DNA of 63,340 nucleotides, counting the filler, from Octopus bimaculoides (lineage: Eukaryota), in assembly GCF_001194135.2 (NCBI RefSeq). It is 8 parts of 6 records of this genome, joined end to end, with 100 filler letters (N's around TTAATTAATTAA, not from the genome) between each part and the next. Parts side by side here need not be neighbours in the genome. Positions count along the whole stretch, not along the records: positions 35,355 to 39,415 come from NW_026369711.1; positions 39,516 to 47,144 come from NC_068981.1; positions 47,245 to 56,607 come from NC_068983.1; 5 more parts are not named here. One strand, written 5' to 3'. Below are positions 37,913 to 51,387 of the stretch, one piece after another (position 1 is the stretch's first letter; every line of letters begins with the position of its first letter). Position numbers and translations under genes: made by a program. The notes beneath the pieces were generated by a model. That model had not been told where the DNA came from, did not search any database, and saw only the letters and a program-made list of their open reading frames with translations.

Positions 37913-37950
37913 CTGTCCGACGAACGGGAACGTGAAACTCTGAGTAACAG
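37913..37950 (+). ncRNA. Minimal type I hammerhead, position-4 C variant
   Basis: CTGT(37913-16) CCGACGA(37917-23) ACG GGAA CGT GAAA(37934-37) CTC-T-GAG TA(37945-46)/ACAG; GUA triplet, GNRA-capped helix II. Confidence 0.7.
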
Positions 37951-38304
37951 CTTTTGTTATATTTCTGCAGCTTTTAAATAAAGCATATTACTCTACCTCT
38001 GGTATTTGAGTACTCTTTTTTCCACCTTGTTTCACATTTATGTGCTTACTCCGGTATGTAACCTAGTTTGATTTTGGCCATTATCGGTCAAGTCCATAAC
38101 AGACTTGATATCGCCACCTGGAGAAGTCTTTTGAGTCTTTTAAGTGTATGTGCGCGCGCGTATGAATGTCTGTCTGTGTGTATGTATGCATGTATGTATG
38201 TATATAAGTGAAACTAAATCAGAGCAGCGACAGCTATTCTGAGTTTTCATTTAATATAACACGGCTCTTATGTATTGAGTACTCTCCTTTTCTGTTACAC
38301 AAAT

Positions 38305-38371
<67 letters not shown>

Positions 38372-39150
38372 ACAGGTAGATAGATAAAGATATACATGTA
38401 TATATATGTACGCATGTATGTATACACTTATATGAATATGTAGGTACACATATATAAAGCATAAATAATAAACGTGTATGAGTATATATTTGTGTGTTTG
38501 CATGCATCATTTATCGGAGGCAGGTGTATGTGTGTACATATGTATACATATATATAGATATATGCATGTATGTATGTATGTATGTATGTATGTATGTATG
38601 TATGCATGTACGTATAAANNNNNNNNNNNNNNNNNNNNNNNNNNNNNNNNNNNNNNNNNNNNNNNNNNNNNNNNNNNNNNNNNNNNNNNNNNNNNNNNNN
38701 NNNNNNNNNNNNNNNNNNNNNNNNNNNNNNNNNNNNNNNNNNNNNNNNNNNNNNNNNNNNNNNNNNNNNNNNNNNNNNNNNNNNNNNNNNNNNNNNNNNN
38801 NNNNNNNNNNNNNNNNNNNNNNNNNNNNNNNNNNNNNNNNNNNNNNNNNNNNNNNNNNNNNNNNNNNNNNNNNNNNNNNNNNNNNNNNNNNNNNNNNNNN
38901 NNNNNNNNNNNNNNNNNNNNNNNNNNNNNNNNNNNNNNNNNNNNNNNNNNNNNNNNNNNNNNNNNNNNNNNNNNNNNNNNNNNNNNNNNNNNNNNNNNNN
39001 NNNNNNNNNNNNNNNNNNNNNNNNNNNNNNNNNNNNNNNNNNNNNNNNNNNNNNNNNNNNNNNNNNNNNNNNNNNNNNNTATATATATATATATATATAT
39101 ATGCGTGTCTATGCATATATATATATGTGTGTGTATGTGTGTGTGTGTGC

Positions 39151-39197
<47 letters not shown>

Positions 39198-39459
39198 TTC
39201 TAACACAAGTATGCACAACGACACATTCATGCGTTTGTGATTTGCATGTATATATGCTTATAAGCATATTGTGTATATATGCGTATACATATCATCTATG
39301 TACATATATGTGTGTATGTACATGCATATACATACATAATTATATAAAGAAACATATATGGTTATACATAGTTATATACGTTTATATATACATATATCTA
39401 TATAAACACACACACNNNNNNNNNNNNNNNNNNNNNNNNNNNNNNNNNNNNNNNNNNNN

Positions 39460-39471
39460 TTAATTAATTAA
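39460..39471. other. Artificial scaffold-join spacer
   Basis: TTAATTAATTAA inside a 100-bp N gap. Confidence 0.95.
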
Positions 39472-39515
39472 NNNNNNNNNNNNNNNNNNNNNNNNNNNNN
39501 NNNNNNNNNNNNNNN

Positions 39516-39550
<35 letters not shown>

Positions 39551-39859
39551 AATGAGAGAGAAAGAGAGAAAGAGAGAGTCCATTTTTTTACACACACACT
39601 CATATACATCTCTTTCCCTCTCTCTCTCTCTCCTTCTATATATATAGATGTGTGTGTTTGTCTATGTGCGTATACGTAAATATATATACACAAACAAGAG
39701 TTACAAAACGGAGTATAGCTATTCAGAAATTACAAACAAAAAGCTGGAGTACAGTCTGTGGGGAGCTTGTCTCCCCTGTCAGTCATTGGATAAGCGCTTT
39801 CCCGTAGCTAAGAGTTGATTTGACACTTATTTCTAGCAATGCTGACATTTCTTGGCATT

Positions 39860-40800
39860 CTCCTTCTTTAACCCCTCCACTTTTTTCTGTTATCTCCCTT
39901 GTACGTTTCCCTCTGTCTGTCTGTCTCTCTCTCTCTCTCACTCCTTCTCTCTCTAGTTCCTTCCCTAGTTTTTTCTCTCCCTCTGCTCCCCACCTCTCTC
40001 TTTTTCTCGCCCGTGATCGGTGCTCGACCAAGCATGATCTTTCTTTCTTGCTATGACCGCTGCTCGAACAACACCGTATTTTCCTGTCTCCTAACTGGAC
40101 TCTATGTTTGTTGCCGCAAGGCTTACAGTTCACACGCCAGCTTAAGTTAACTTGTTCTTTTAGTCGAAAGTTATTATTCTTGTTGTTTGTATTTGTAATC
40201 GTGTAACATCTTCTCCGTTCTCTCGTTTTTCTAACCGCTCGCTTTCTGAGCTATCTTTCTTTAACCCCTCTAGTTTCCTCTGTTATATCCCTTGCACCGT
40301 TTCATATGTCCCTCTCATTCTCTCTCTCTCACTTTCTCTCTCTCTCTTTCTCTAGTTCCTTCCCTAATTCTCCAATCCCTCTGCTCCTTACTACTCTCAC
40401 TTCCTCCCACGTGATCGGTGCTCGGCTAAGCATGACTTTAATTTCTTGGTCTGACTGCCGCTCGCACAACACCTTATTTTCCTGTCTCCTGACTACAACA
40501 TATGCTTATTGCCGTAAGGCTTCCACTTCATACGTCGGCTTAACTTAACTTGTCCTTTTAGTTGAAAGATACCTGTTATTATTCTTGGTGATTATATTTG
40601 TAATCATGTTACATTTTCTCCGTTTTCTCGTCTTTTGTTTTGTCTGTGATGTGGCACATATTCGCTCGCTTTCTTTCAAAAATTTAATGCCCTTAGCTTA
40701 GATTTTTGGAGCCTACCAATTTTGAACAGTCTCAAGTTTAACAAGCGGACACTGTAATGATGATTGGCAGCTTGACTGAAGAATAGAAAGCATCGAATGT
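39860..40800 (+). repeat. Family F repeat, two diverged tandem units (~39860-40250, ~40260-40800)
   Basis: CGTGATCGGTGCTCG.CCAAGCATGA and GCTTAA.TTAACTTGT.CTTTTAGT.GAAAG occur in both units about 400 bp apart. Confidence 0.75.
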
Positions 40801-41299
40801 TCCGTCCTAGTTTGTCTTCCTTCTTTGCATCGTCCTTCTGTCTGTATGTTTTCATTGTCATCCGTTACGTTTTTATTCCACTTTTTGGAACCGGAATTAA
40901 TTTTCTGTCTTCGCTCCTTTACCCAACATGGGTCCACTGTCCCCTCCTCTTTATCTGACTCTCCTACTCTCCTCTCTTTATATCACACCTACTTCCCCTC
41001 TTCACTCCTACCCACCGCTCCAAAACTCTCCTGCCCTGACACCTATTTCCTCTCTTCACTCCTACCCACCTACTTTCATCTACTCCCCCCTACATCTAAA
41101 TCTCTCTCTGTTTATTTCCTCGTCTTCCTTTCTGTTGGAGAGTGTAGGCTGGAAAATTACTTTCTCACATTCCGGAGTATTAAACTAATACACCTGTTTT
41201 CTGTAAATTACAACTAAATATATATATAATATAGGGAGAAAAGATGGATATATATATATAGGTGTGTGCGGGGAGAGGGGCAAAACGAACTCTTCCCTC

Positions 41300-41553
41300 G
41301 AAGACGAAGTATCAGTTTTCAACTTTTTGCGAGATGAACTGCACAAATGATTTGTTTATAGTGTTCAGATGTATTTGTCGTACATTAGATCACTTTCTTC
41401 ATCAACTCGCTGTACCAGTCATCCGGTGTCTAAGAGATCGCTCAGCAAAGTGAGATGAAGTGTTTTCCTCAAGAACACAACGCACCACTCATCCTAAAAC
41501 TTGAAACCACGATCCCGCATTCATAACAGCAACACCCTAACCATTAGACCATG
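41300..41553 (-). mobile_element. Degenerate SINE with a head like the 37526 copy and another tail
   Basis: Minus: CATGGTCTAATGGTTAGGGTGTTG...GTGCGTTGTGTTCTTGAGGAAAACACTTCATCTCAC. Confidence 0.6.
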
Positions 41554-41689
41554 ATTCCTATATGTGTGCGTGTGCGTGCGCGCGCGCGTGTGTAATAGAA
41601 ATATGGTACAAAAACAAAACCTTTTTATGAAAAGTAACGATAGATATATACAACTAGATGAACTGAGGTAGGAACAAAAGTAATAGAAG

Positions 41690-44600
41690 TCATTATCGTG
41701 AATTGTTAAAGAGATTCAAAGGCATAGCCTTTTCATAAATTTCTGTTCACTGCTTTGGATGTGCACCGATTACCGAAGGGTGTCGGGTCTACTAGTCCCT
41801 GAGTAAAAAGATTATACGTAAGTTAGGTAAGTAGTTCTGGATTTGGTGTAATTAGGGTAGATATAAATCTGTAATGTGAATGGTGTACGTGATGTATGGG
41901 GCTTAGTTGTATTAATTGAAAGGTTAGTAACGTTCTGTATTATATCATGTGTTCATATTTAGTTGTGGAAGATATTTATTGATGGAAGTTGCCTCTTTAT
42001 TCATTTCTTTGCTGTAATGAGGTGTTCTGTGAATATTGATAGAAGGGGGAAATTAGAAAATTAAAATTAAGGTTCCTAGCACAACTTTCTATGTGTTCAC
42101 TGACCTGTATCTGTCTGTATTTTGAGTAGCGGAATTATTCTTTGTGGAGAGTGGTTCTTCGACGAAGTGATATTCCTGTTTGGCTATTATAATTATTACC
42201 ACACCCTCAGTATATAATGGCATAGATTAGGTTTTCCGAGTCATAGGTGAAATTTCCTTTAATCTTAAATATTTCACCTTGTTTGAAATGGAACTCTGAA
42301 CTCTTCAAAAGTTGGGGGCATGTACCACAATTAGGTCGACCACATTTTCTCACTTTCTGTTCCGTTGTTAATGGATATAGTTTTGCGCTAGTTAATATTT
42401 TCTTCAACGATTTCGGTTGCATTTTGCTTTTGATAATTTTGTTCATTGTTTTATCTCCTGTGAGGCTGGGTAGATTTTGGATGATAATGTTGTAGGCTTC
42501 GTTATTTCTAGGGTTATGTGTGGAGATGTATGGGAGTATGTTTAAGTCTGGTGTAGTATTTCGGTTGACTTCCTTTAATGTTCGTACATCTATTTGCTTA
42601 GCTCTTTTAATGCCATCATTTATTAATGATACTGTGTAATGTCTTTTGATTAGCATTGATCTGAGTTCAAGGGGTCTTCGTCCACGAGTATAGGTATTCG
42701 AAACTACGGTACAGATTCTTTTCGGTAGATTATAAGGTATATTAATTTTTTATGTGTTTGGGGTGGCATGAGTTGAATAATAGATATTGTTTAGAATCTG
42801 TGGGTTTATAGAATATGTCTGTTTCGATGTGGTTATTGACTATTTTAATTAGGATGTCAAGAAAAGGGAGTTGTTTATTGCTGTGCTCCATGGTGAATTG
42901 TATGTTGCTATTAATATTATTAAGCATTATTTTGAAATCGAGGAGTTTGTCCATGCTATCTTTCCATAGTATAAAAAATCGTCCAAATACATCTCCCAGT
43001 TCTCCTTTAAGCACTGAAATGATGTGTCATATTTTTGTAGTGATGATTGGTACATTTTAAGTTCTTAGTAACCCATTACAAGGTTTGCTATCACTGGGGC
43101 AGCTCAGGTTCCCATTGCAATTCCACATTAATGTCGATAGTAAACTGTATCGTACATGAAATAGTTGTTCAGTAGGATGAATTTGAGTGCTGCGATTATG
43201 AATCTGTAGTTGATGCGTCCTGGGATCTTTTCTGGGTATTTTTCTAGCCAGAAGATAATTGCTTCTATACCATAACCGTGTGGGATATTAGTGTACAGGT
43301 TCACCACATCGAAAGATATTAACAGGGTTCCTTCATTTATTGTCTTCGGAATTTGGTTAAGCATGTCTAAGTCATCCTTCAATCTTTTCACGTATTTTAG
43401 AAATGGTTTGAGTAAGATGTCTAGGAAGTTGCTGAAACGGTGGGTTTCACAAGCAGGGCCAGCAATGATGGGTCTTAGTTTGAGGTGAGTAGGAGCAGGA
43501 ACATATAATGCATAGGCTTGGAGAAATTTTGCAAGCTTTAAAAATACGTAATTTTTTTGCCTATTTTAGGTCTTTATTTAAAATTGAAAAAATAGTCAAT
43601 TTCATTTTTAGTGAGGCCCTTTCCATGTATTTGAAGTAAGGAGGATAAGTTTTTCAGTGTCTTGGCTTGTATTGTACTATCTTCTCATAGTTAATATTAT
43701 TTTCCAACATGGAGAGTATTAAATTTTTGTAGTACTGTGTCCATCACCACTATCGCACTTCCTTTGTCGGCTTCTTTAATGGTGACGTTTATATCATTTT
43801 TTGATTCGATTAGGTCTTTCCATTCATTTGCATTAAGTTTGGATTTAATTAGTTGTTTTTGTAGGATATGGAAAGGAAAATTGGTAATTTGTTCATAAAA
43901 TGCATCGAGTGCATTATTTCTGCCTTTTGTAGGACAGAATTGGCTTTTTGTCTTTTACTATTGAGTCATCTTCGATGGTGTGGTTGCGAAGTGCTTCTGG
44001 GAGGCGTAATTATCGGCAGAAATTCATAGTGTTATCCTTAATTTCTTTCGGGTTCGATCTGCGAAGTGTTGTTGTAAACTTTAAACATCTTGCTTGAATT
44101 TTTGTTTGTGTAATACTTAGGATTTTCTTTGATAAGTTGATTATTTTCAGTTGTTCTTGTACATTTTGTTCCATTTCACATCTCTGTTTCTCTTATTCAG
44201 GTCTTAAAAATATGGTTGTAGTAGGTGGATTGTTGTGGAAAGTCTCTATTCCGTTTGGTTTTCTGATGAAAAAATGGGTGTAAAGTGTGTCTGTGGTAGT
44301 ATGTTTGTCGTGGAGTGACTGTGTAGCGGACTAGATTATGGTTGTACTGAGGGTTATTATATTGTCTATGGTTGATGTGATTTGGGTTTAATTTATTTTT
44401 AATATTGTAATGTGGGTTGAGGGAGAAGTTATGTTGTCTAGTTAGGTCGTGTCTAGTTGAATGCTTGAAGTAACCATGTTGAGGGTTAAGTCTCGGAGGT
44501 AAATTCTTCCATCGATTGTGAGATGATGTGAGTAGATTGGTAGGTATTGGTTCCCGGAAGTTATGTTCCCGAAGGTTAGTCTCGAGGTTTGGATGGATCC

Positions 44601-45030
44601 TTTGATTTGTATGCAGGGTGCCTTGAGGATTACGTCCAGATGTTCGATTGTGGTCTGAATTCCTTATTGTTGTTTGAAAGTTATTTTGGGGTGTAAGAGA
44701 GGTTAGGTAGGTGGAGCTATGTCTCCAAGATCGTCTGTGATTTGTGTTAGATAAGTGTGGGGTCATTTCTGTGAATGTTTTTGGTCTATATTTCTTCAGG
44801 AAGGTGTTATCTGATATGTTTTCTATGTTCGACTGTGTTTTGTACTTAATAAAAAAAATTGGCTTGTATTTCCCAGCTTTGTAGGAAATTAGTTTCTTCA
44901 GCTTCACAATTTGTTTTCCACAGTTTAAAAACAGTCTCCAAGCGTTGACCATATGAAAGTTTCTTTAATTCGTTGCAGATTTCCTCATCTATGTCTCTAA
45001 ATTTATGTTCATTGCTTAGCGCTCTAATAT
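41690..45030 (-). mobile_element. Penelope-like retroelement (RT + GIY-YIG), probably Neptune type, near full length but decayed
   Basis: Collinear fragments LISFDVVNLYTNIPH, GIAMGT, LPFLDILI...FYKPTD..QYLLFNSCHP, Cys-rich linker KCGRPNCGTCP, then LIYAI...GQTGISLRRRTTLH of the GIY-YIG domain. Confidence 0.92.
41950..44952 (-). pseudogene. Penelope RT-endonuclease polyprotein, frameshifted (ORF-track pieces 44197-44952, 43128-43391, 42742-43014, 42207-42656)
   Basis: Multiple stops, frameshifts and a deletion around the YxDD motif. Confidence 0.88.
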
Positions 45031-45049
45031 ATTTATATATATACATATA

Positions 45050-46236
45050 TATTTGGCTGGCAAGGAAGTAAGTTCGTTTTTCGCAAATAAATTGATTTAA
45101 CATTTTTTGAATGACGCTTGTCAATGTTATGAGTCATTTCCTCTTGACTTTTGATGGCCGTTATTTTAAGCTTACTGTAGAAGAAAATTGCGTTTAATTT
45201 TGATTAATTTCGTTTGTAGCTGTCAGTGCTGTGTCAGTTTTAAGATGGAATGCAAAATCGAACATTTTCTCCATATTTTGCTTTTTATTTCTGTAAAGAC
45301 AAAAAAGCTGATGGGGCTCACGAAAAAAAAAGATGTGAAATTTATGACGGTGATTCCTTAACAGAACGAAAATGTCAAAAATGGTTTAAAAAATTCGGTT
45401 CTGAAGGTTTTTCACTCAAAGATGACCAACGTTCTTGTCGACCTACTGAAGATGAGGATAACCAAAACAAAACCAAAATTGAATCTGATTGTCATATAAC
45501 TGTGCGAGACATTGCGAAGAGGCTAAGTGTATCACACACAACAATAGAAAATCAATTGAAATGTCTTGGAATCGTTAAGAAGCTCGATATTTCGGTTCCA
45601 CATAAATTGAAAGAGATTAATTTAACAAAACGAATCGATATTTGCGATATGCATCTCAAATGCAATGAAATCGTCCTCTTTTAAAAGAAATCACCACTTG
45701 TGATGAAAAACGAATTGTCCAAAATAACATCAATCGTAAACGATCATGGTCCAAGCGTAATGAACCAGCACGAGCCACATCGAAAGCTGAATTGCATAAA
45801 AAGAGACATGCTGTAAATTTAATGGCATTACAAAGGTGTTGTGTATTTTGAGCCGTTTCGATGCCAAACGATCAATTGAAATGTTTACTATCAAACGATC
45901 AATAGAGATGTAAACTGTCAATAACTAATCAAACTGAAGGAAACAATCAAAGAATAACGGACAGAATCGACAAATGGTAAAGGAAACGTATTCCACCATG
46001 AGAAGGCTAGGCAACGTCTTTGCTAACCTGTGAAGTATTTTTGGAGCGTGGGTGGAAAGTGATGTCATATCCACTATATGGCTGTGATATTGCACCATCA
46101 CATTAGCATCTATATCAAAGTTTGCAAAAGTCTTTGAATGGTAAAACTTTCAATAATGATAACGACCTTGCTTCAGTTTTTGGTTAATAAGGATCAGAAT
46201 TTTATGAGCGCAGACATATGGAGTTGCTACAAAGAT
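45050..46236 (+). mobile_element. Mariner (DD34D) element, degenerate, right end missing
   Basis: ERKCQKWFKKF...RSCRP HTH region, SVPHKL (WVPHxL), TCDEK, FHHEKAR (HDNARPH), CDIAPS (YSPDLAPSD), SLNGKTFNND. Confidence 0.9.
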
Positions 46237-47188
46237 TAAGGGTACTAGCAACCACAGTATCCTTAATTATTAATTGATAATTTATACCATTATAGGTTTT
46301 TTACGCATGCTAATCCGCTGAAATTATAATAAAAAATAATATCCTCATAAATGTACACGCCTTCATGTGTTGTCCCAAATCACCACTTGACAACCAGAGC
46401 TGTTTTGTTAGCGTCCCTGTTATACAGCAGTTCGATGGAAAAAAATAAAATAAGTACCGGACTTAAAAATAAGAACTGGTTTCGATGACACCCATCAAAA
46501 TTGTGTCCTAGAATGATCGCAGTCAAAAAATAAATAAGTAAATAATATTTAGTGATATAATAAATCTAATTTTAATGTAATGTTTCGAATTAAGCTCCAT
46601 TGCTAGACCTGCACCATTAACAACAGAAACAGAACCTCACAAACAATGAAGAATTTGAGTGGTAAGATATTCAATGCAAGAGGCAACACAATTGAACTAT
46701 AGAATGGTGTGGAATTACCGAAAAATAATTGTGTTTTAACAAATATGAACTTCGTGTCTTTGGGCGTGTGACACAAGCGTTCACTGACGAGCTTCAGTAT
46801 CATTAGACTATTTCGGTCTAGTTGAAATAGCGGTGAAATGGTCACTCGAGAAATATGAAGCAATGTGTATTTGTTTGAGTAGGAATTTAAAAGAACACCA
46901 CTGATAATACTACCAAAATGTGTTATGCATACGTTCGAATAAGGTCTAATAGTTTACCTCTCATACCAATTTTCAGCTCCCAGTAACTTATTAAATCTAC
47001 TTTTGTATTTATTTTAGTCACGAAAGGGTGTGAATAAATGCGAACATCTATCTATCTATCTATCTATCTATTTATCTCTCTCTCTATCTCTCTCTCTCTA
47101 ACTCTCTCTCTCTCTCTCTCTCTATCTATCTGTATATATATATANNNNNNNNNNNNNNNNNNNNNNNNNNNNNNNNNNNNNNNNNNNN

Positions 47189-47200
47189 TTAATTAATTAA
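47189..47200. other. Artificial scaffold-join spacer
   Basis: TTAATTAATTAA inside a 100-bp N gap. Confidence 0.95.
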
Positions 47201-47821
47201 NNNNNNNNNNNNNNNNNNNNNNNNNNNNNNNNNNNNNNNNNNNNAAATACTTGGAAATAGATTGAAAGTAGGTCAGCCATCTTGATCGGCGTATTTATTA
47301 CATTTATTGTAGCTCTGGTAACTTTGAAAATCTATGTTGGCGTTAAAAAAAACTGGATAAATTCTTGCCTTTAGTAGTTTCTAAATTTGGTTCCATTTCC
47401 TTAAATTAACAATATTTCCTGTGTATGAAAAAAAAAAAAAAAAAGAGAAAGAAAGAAAAATAGGAAGAAAATATTCGAACGAACAAGAAAAAAAACGTAA
47501 AAATAATCCCTAAACAAAAACAAGGTAAAGATATATTGATAGAAATAAAAGCTAATTTAATAATATCTGTTTTTGGATGTTGCCAAAAAACATTGAGAGA
47601 ATATAAATGAACTGTAAATATCCCAAGTGATTTATATTCGATGATTTACGACGGGAACCTTTTCTACAACCAAGATATTTGGCGCCTTAGATGTTTCAAA
47701 TTCTTGAAAGGAAATCAGATGAAAATAATTTTTCATGTAATTGGAGCAAAAGAAAGAAAAAAGAATTACATATATCTAATTCTTAATTTGGTTCTATATA
47801 TTTCTTGTTTATAAAACATAC

Positions 47822-47903
<82 letters not shown>

Positions 47904-48041
47904 GTCTGTCGAGTACAACAACCTTATCGATTCTATTCCAATATTTTCCTTTAAAATGATTTACAAGCGTTTGTTGATGATCACTCCTGTCAAATCTTCC
48001 CTAAATGGCTTGTCTGTCTGTCTGTTTGTCTTTTGACTGAT

Positions 48042-48160
<119 letters not shown>

Positions 48161-48689
48161 CTACTATGTAAGTATGTATATATGCATGTATGTATGCATG
48201 TATATATGCGTGCACGCATGTTTGTATTCATGCATGCATGTATGTATGTACGTACGTACGTACGTATGTATGTATGTATGTATGTATGTATGTATGTATG
48301 TATGTATCTATCTATCTATCTATCTATCTATCTACCTATCTATCTATCTATTCCGATAAGCGGCCTTTTAATCATATCATCGAGCATACACTGCAGTACA
48401 AAGAAGCGTCTGAAAATTGAACATAAACCGGCTACCCTTTGGGTGAAAGCCAATTTGCAACAGTCGACGTCATGCAAAACTATTTAGATTAAAGAGCAGC
48501 TGAAACCAGATTTATAAATAATCCTCTTAATAATGAATCGCACGATATGGAAGCTGGAAATAATACAGGTATGTGTGGGATCGATGACGAAAGTCATTGC
48601 GAGAACTCTGGAAAAAAAAAATCTTCATTCACAGGTGTGAAATTAACACTGGTTTACAAAACGTTTTTTTGCTCTGAGGCAAGGATATG

Positions 48690-50740
48690 AATAGGTGTTT
48701 TTTTTTTTTACTAATTTTGATGTGGTGAATTCAATTTTCTGAACAGTCTTTTTTCTATCACCTCTCGTTTTTGTACTTTCACATGTCCCGTTTTAATTAG
48801 ACTGCATATAAATTCAAAATATAATGTGCTTATTTCATCTGTTACAAAGGCATATTACAGAACCCCTCCCCTGGAATAAATACAGAGCATTGAGGGAATC
48901 AAATTACTTGGCTAATACAATACACACAAATCATAGTACAGCAGACAGTTAGAAATGATTTGTTTTGAACGATCTTGTGTACTTTCCCCTGGGATGTCTC
49001 ACAAGAGCATCCAGCAAAAGTTACCCATCATGCTGGGGTTCCACTTGCCTTGGGGGCTGCTCTCCATTTTAGTAATATCTTGGTGGAACCCTTCTCTATG
49101 CTCATAACTCATTGCTCCGAGCTTCGGAGGGAAGAAGTTTCGGTGAGAGTGGAGAAAGTGAATTTTGAGTGACATTCGGCATCCCATATCCTCATAAGAC
49201 TGTAACAACTTCTCGATACACTCTTAGTAATCTAGTACCCGTCTGTTATCAAGGAAGCCATGGCAGACTGACTTAAATACCTCCCATACTCTCAGTTCCT
49301 TTATGGTAAGAAGCTCCTTAAAGTCCTTATCTTTCAGCACCTCTCAAATCTGAGGTCCGAAGAAGATGTCCCCTTTGAGCCTCGCAGAACTCAGAGATGG
49401 GAACAAAGTGCACAAGTGTTGGAAAGCAGCGCCATTTTTGTCCATGGTCTTCACGAAATTCCCCATCAAACCAAGCTTGATATGAAGAGGAAGAAGAAGC
49501 ACTTTGTTCATGTCCACCGGGAGCTTTTCTTAGACACTGTGCTCACCAGGCACGAAAGTGCTCCTAAATTCCCAGTCTTTCTGCTTGTAGTGCTCGGACA
49601 CAGCCCGACCATCCCAGAAACAAATAAAGCAAGAGTGCTTTGTGAAGCCTGCTTGCATACCATCTCCACAGAGACTCCACTGGTACTGGCTGCATTTGAC
49701 AGCTTTCAAAAGGAGCTCCGTATTGTCATACGACTCCTTAAGATGGACTGAGTAGGCAATGGAATGCTGGGGTATTTATTTCTATTGTGCAGGAAACCAA
49801 GGATGGTAAACAAGCCAGAAACATTTGTGCAGTAGCACAACCTGGTTTTCATGTCGACGAATGAATCAAAGTCCTGGTTCCGTGTCCTGAAATTGGTGAT
49901 CTTTACATCTACCTTGACCAGGTTCCACTGCTTAAGCCGGGATACCAGGAGCTCTGACTGCTGCTTAGATAGACAGAAATCACGGGCAAGGTCATTCAGG
50001 TCTTCCAGCGTGATCCAGTGGGGCTCATTGCCACTTGCTCCTGAACAAACAGAGACATTGTCTTCAGAAGAGATCAACTTCGCAGAATCTTCTCCCTGAA
50101 AGCACTTCTTGATCTGATGAAGGAAGATGATCCTTATTGGCTGGGGGTCTAGGGACAGGGAGATCATCTGAGTGGGGAACAGGTCTCATAGCTGAGGGAT
50201 GGTTGAAATATTTGCTCTTTTTTCTAGAAGAAGCATAGAAACCTGTTATATTTGTTAGACAAAAAATAACAATCCTCTGCATTGCTTCGTGACCCACTCC
50301 AGACCATCGGGATAGCAAAGTTGAAGGCTGCTTTCTTGCTGTTAAACCATGAAGTTAGTCCATTGAAGAAAGTTTTACAACAGATGTGTGGGGCCCAGGA
50401 TTTGTCTTGATCACTAATTTTACAGTCAAAATAATGAAAGTAAGCAGTTCTCAGGAAAGAAGTAATTGCTCGGTGCTGTGCAACTGTCTAGAAATCCCCC
50501 CCCCCCCACGTAGCAGAATGACTTTGTCTTGTTGATGCAACCTCGGTGGTTTGAAGTGCCTGAAGCCATTGTAGAGATATGTTTCATATGTATCACAAAA
50601 ATCTGTAAAACAAAACGAAAATTGCGCATATATATGGTTACGTGAATTGTATATCTCAAAAACTAGAGGTGATGAGTGAAAACAGGTTTTTGTATCTAAA
50701 ATCAGCAGCCCCAAACTAGGCTAGAACAAATATTCTTATG
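48690..50740 (-). mobile_element. Chapaev3-like (CMC superfamily) DNA transposon, degenerate
   Basis: SFCYV, DQDKSWAPHICC, SAMRPVPHSDDLP, DLNDLARD..LSKQQSELLVSRLKQWNL, LPLHIKLGLMGNFVK, GCRMSLKIHFLHSH, EGFHQDI; imperfect long inverted ends (ATCACCTCT.GTTTTTG near 48757 and 50657). Confidence 0.8.
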
Positions 50741-50919
50741 TTTGCTTCAATTTCTCTGTAAACCAGTGTTATCTATGACATTCCTCATTATTCGCAACTT
50801 CTGTTTGGATCACACAACTGGGAGTTGTTATGTAATCGTCTGCTCATAATATGAAGTATTAATTTCAGGGTCAATATACTATACGCTGCTTTATTTTTCC
50901 ATAAAAGAATATTCCTCTC

Positions 50920-51321
50920 TTTACTCTCTTTTACTCTTTTACTTGTTTCAGTCATTTGACTGCGGCCATGCTGGAGCACCGCCTTTAGTCGAACAAATCG
51001 ACCCCAGGACTTATTCTTTGTAAGCCTAGTACTTATTCTATCAGTCTTTTTGCCGAACCGCTAAGTTACGGGGACGTAAACACACCAGCATCGGTTTCAA
51101 GCGATGTTGGGGGACAAACACAGACACACAAACACACACACATATACATACATATATACGACGGGCTTCTTTCAGTTTCCGTCTACCAAATCCACTCACA
51201 AGGCTTTGGTCGGCCCGAAGCTATAGTAGAAGACACTTGCCCCAAGGTGTCACGCAATGGGACTGAACCCGGAAGCATGTGGTTGGTAAGCAAGCTACTT
51301 ACCACACAGCCACTCCTGCGT
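50920..51321 (-). mobile_element. tRNA-derived SINE family B, full length, with CORE-like segment
   Basis: Minus: A-box TGGCTGTGTGG, B-box GGTTCAGTCCC, CORE-like CACCTTGGGCAAGTG, internal CA/TA tract, (GAGTAAAA)n tail. Confidence 0.88.
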
Positions 51322-51387
51322 CTATCAATTAATTTAGATGAAGTAAGCAAGATTCAAGCCAATGCTTTCGGTTATTTTGATATCGAT

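Larger units (their letters stand above)
37812..38057. mobile_element. Short fold-back Penelope-type terminal-repeat element: ~70-bp inverted arms (37812-37881, 37912-37983) plus unpaired 3' extension
   Basis: GCTGTTACTCAGTTTCACGTTCCCGTTCGTCGGACAGT versus ACTGTCCGACGAACGGGAACGTGAAACTCTGAGTAACAGC; preceded by (TA)n. Confidence 0.8.

Noticed and set aside
44197-44952. 251-aa ORF as a novel host protein
   Set aside because: It is the frameshifted N-terminal part of the Penelope element, collinear with its RT fragments.
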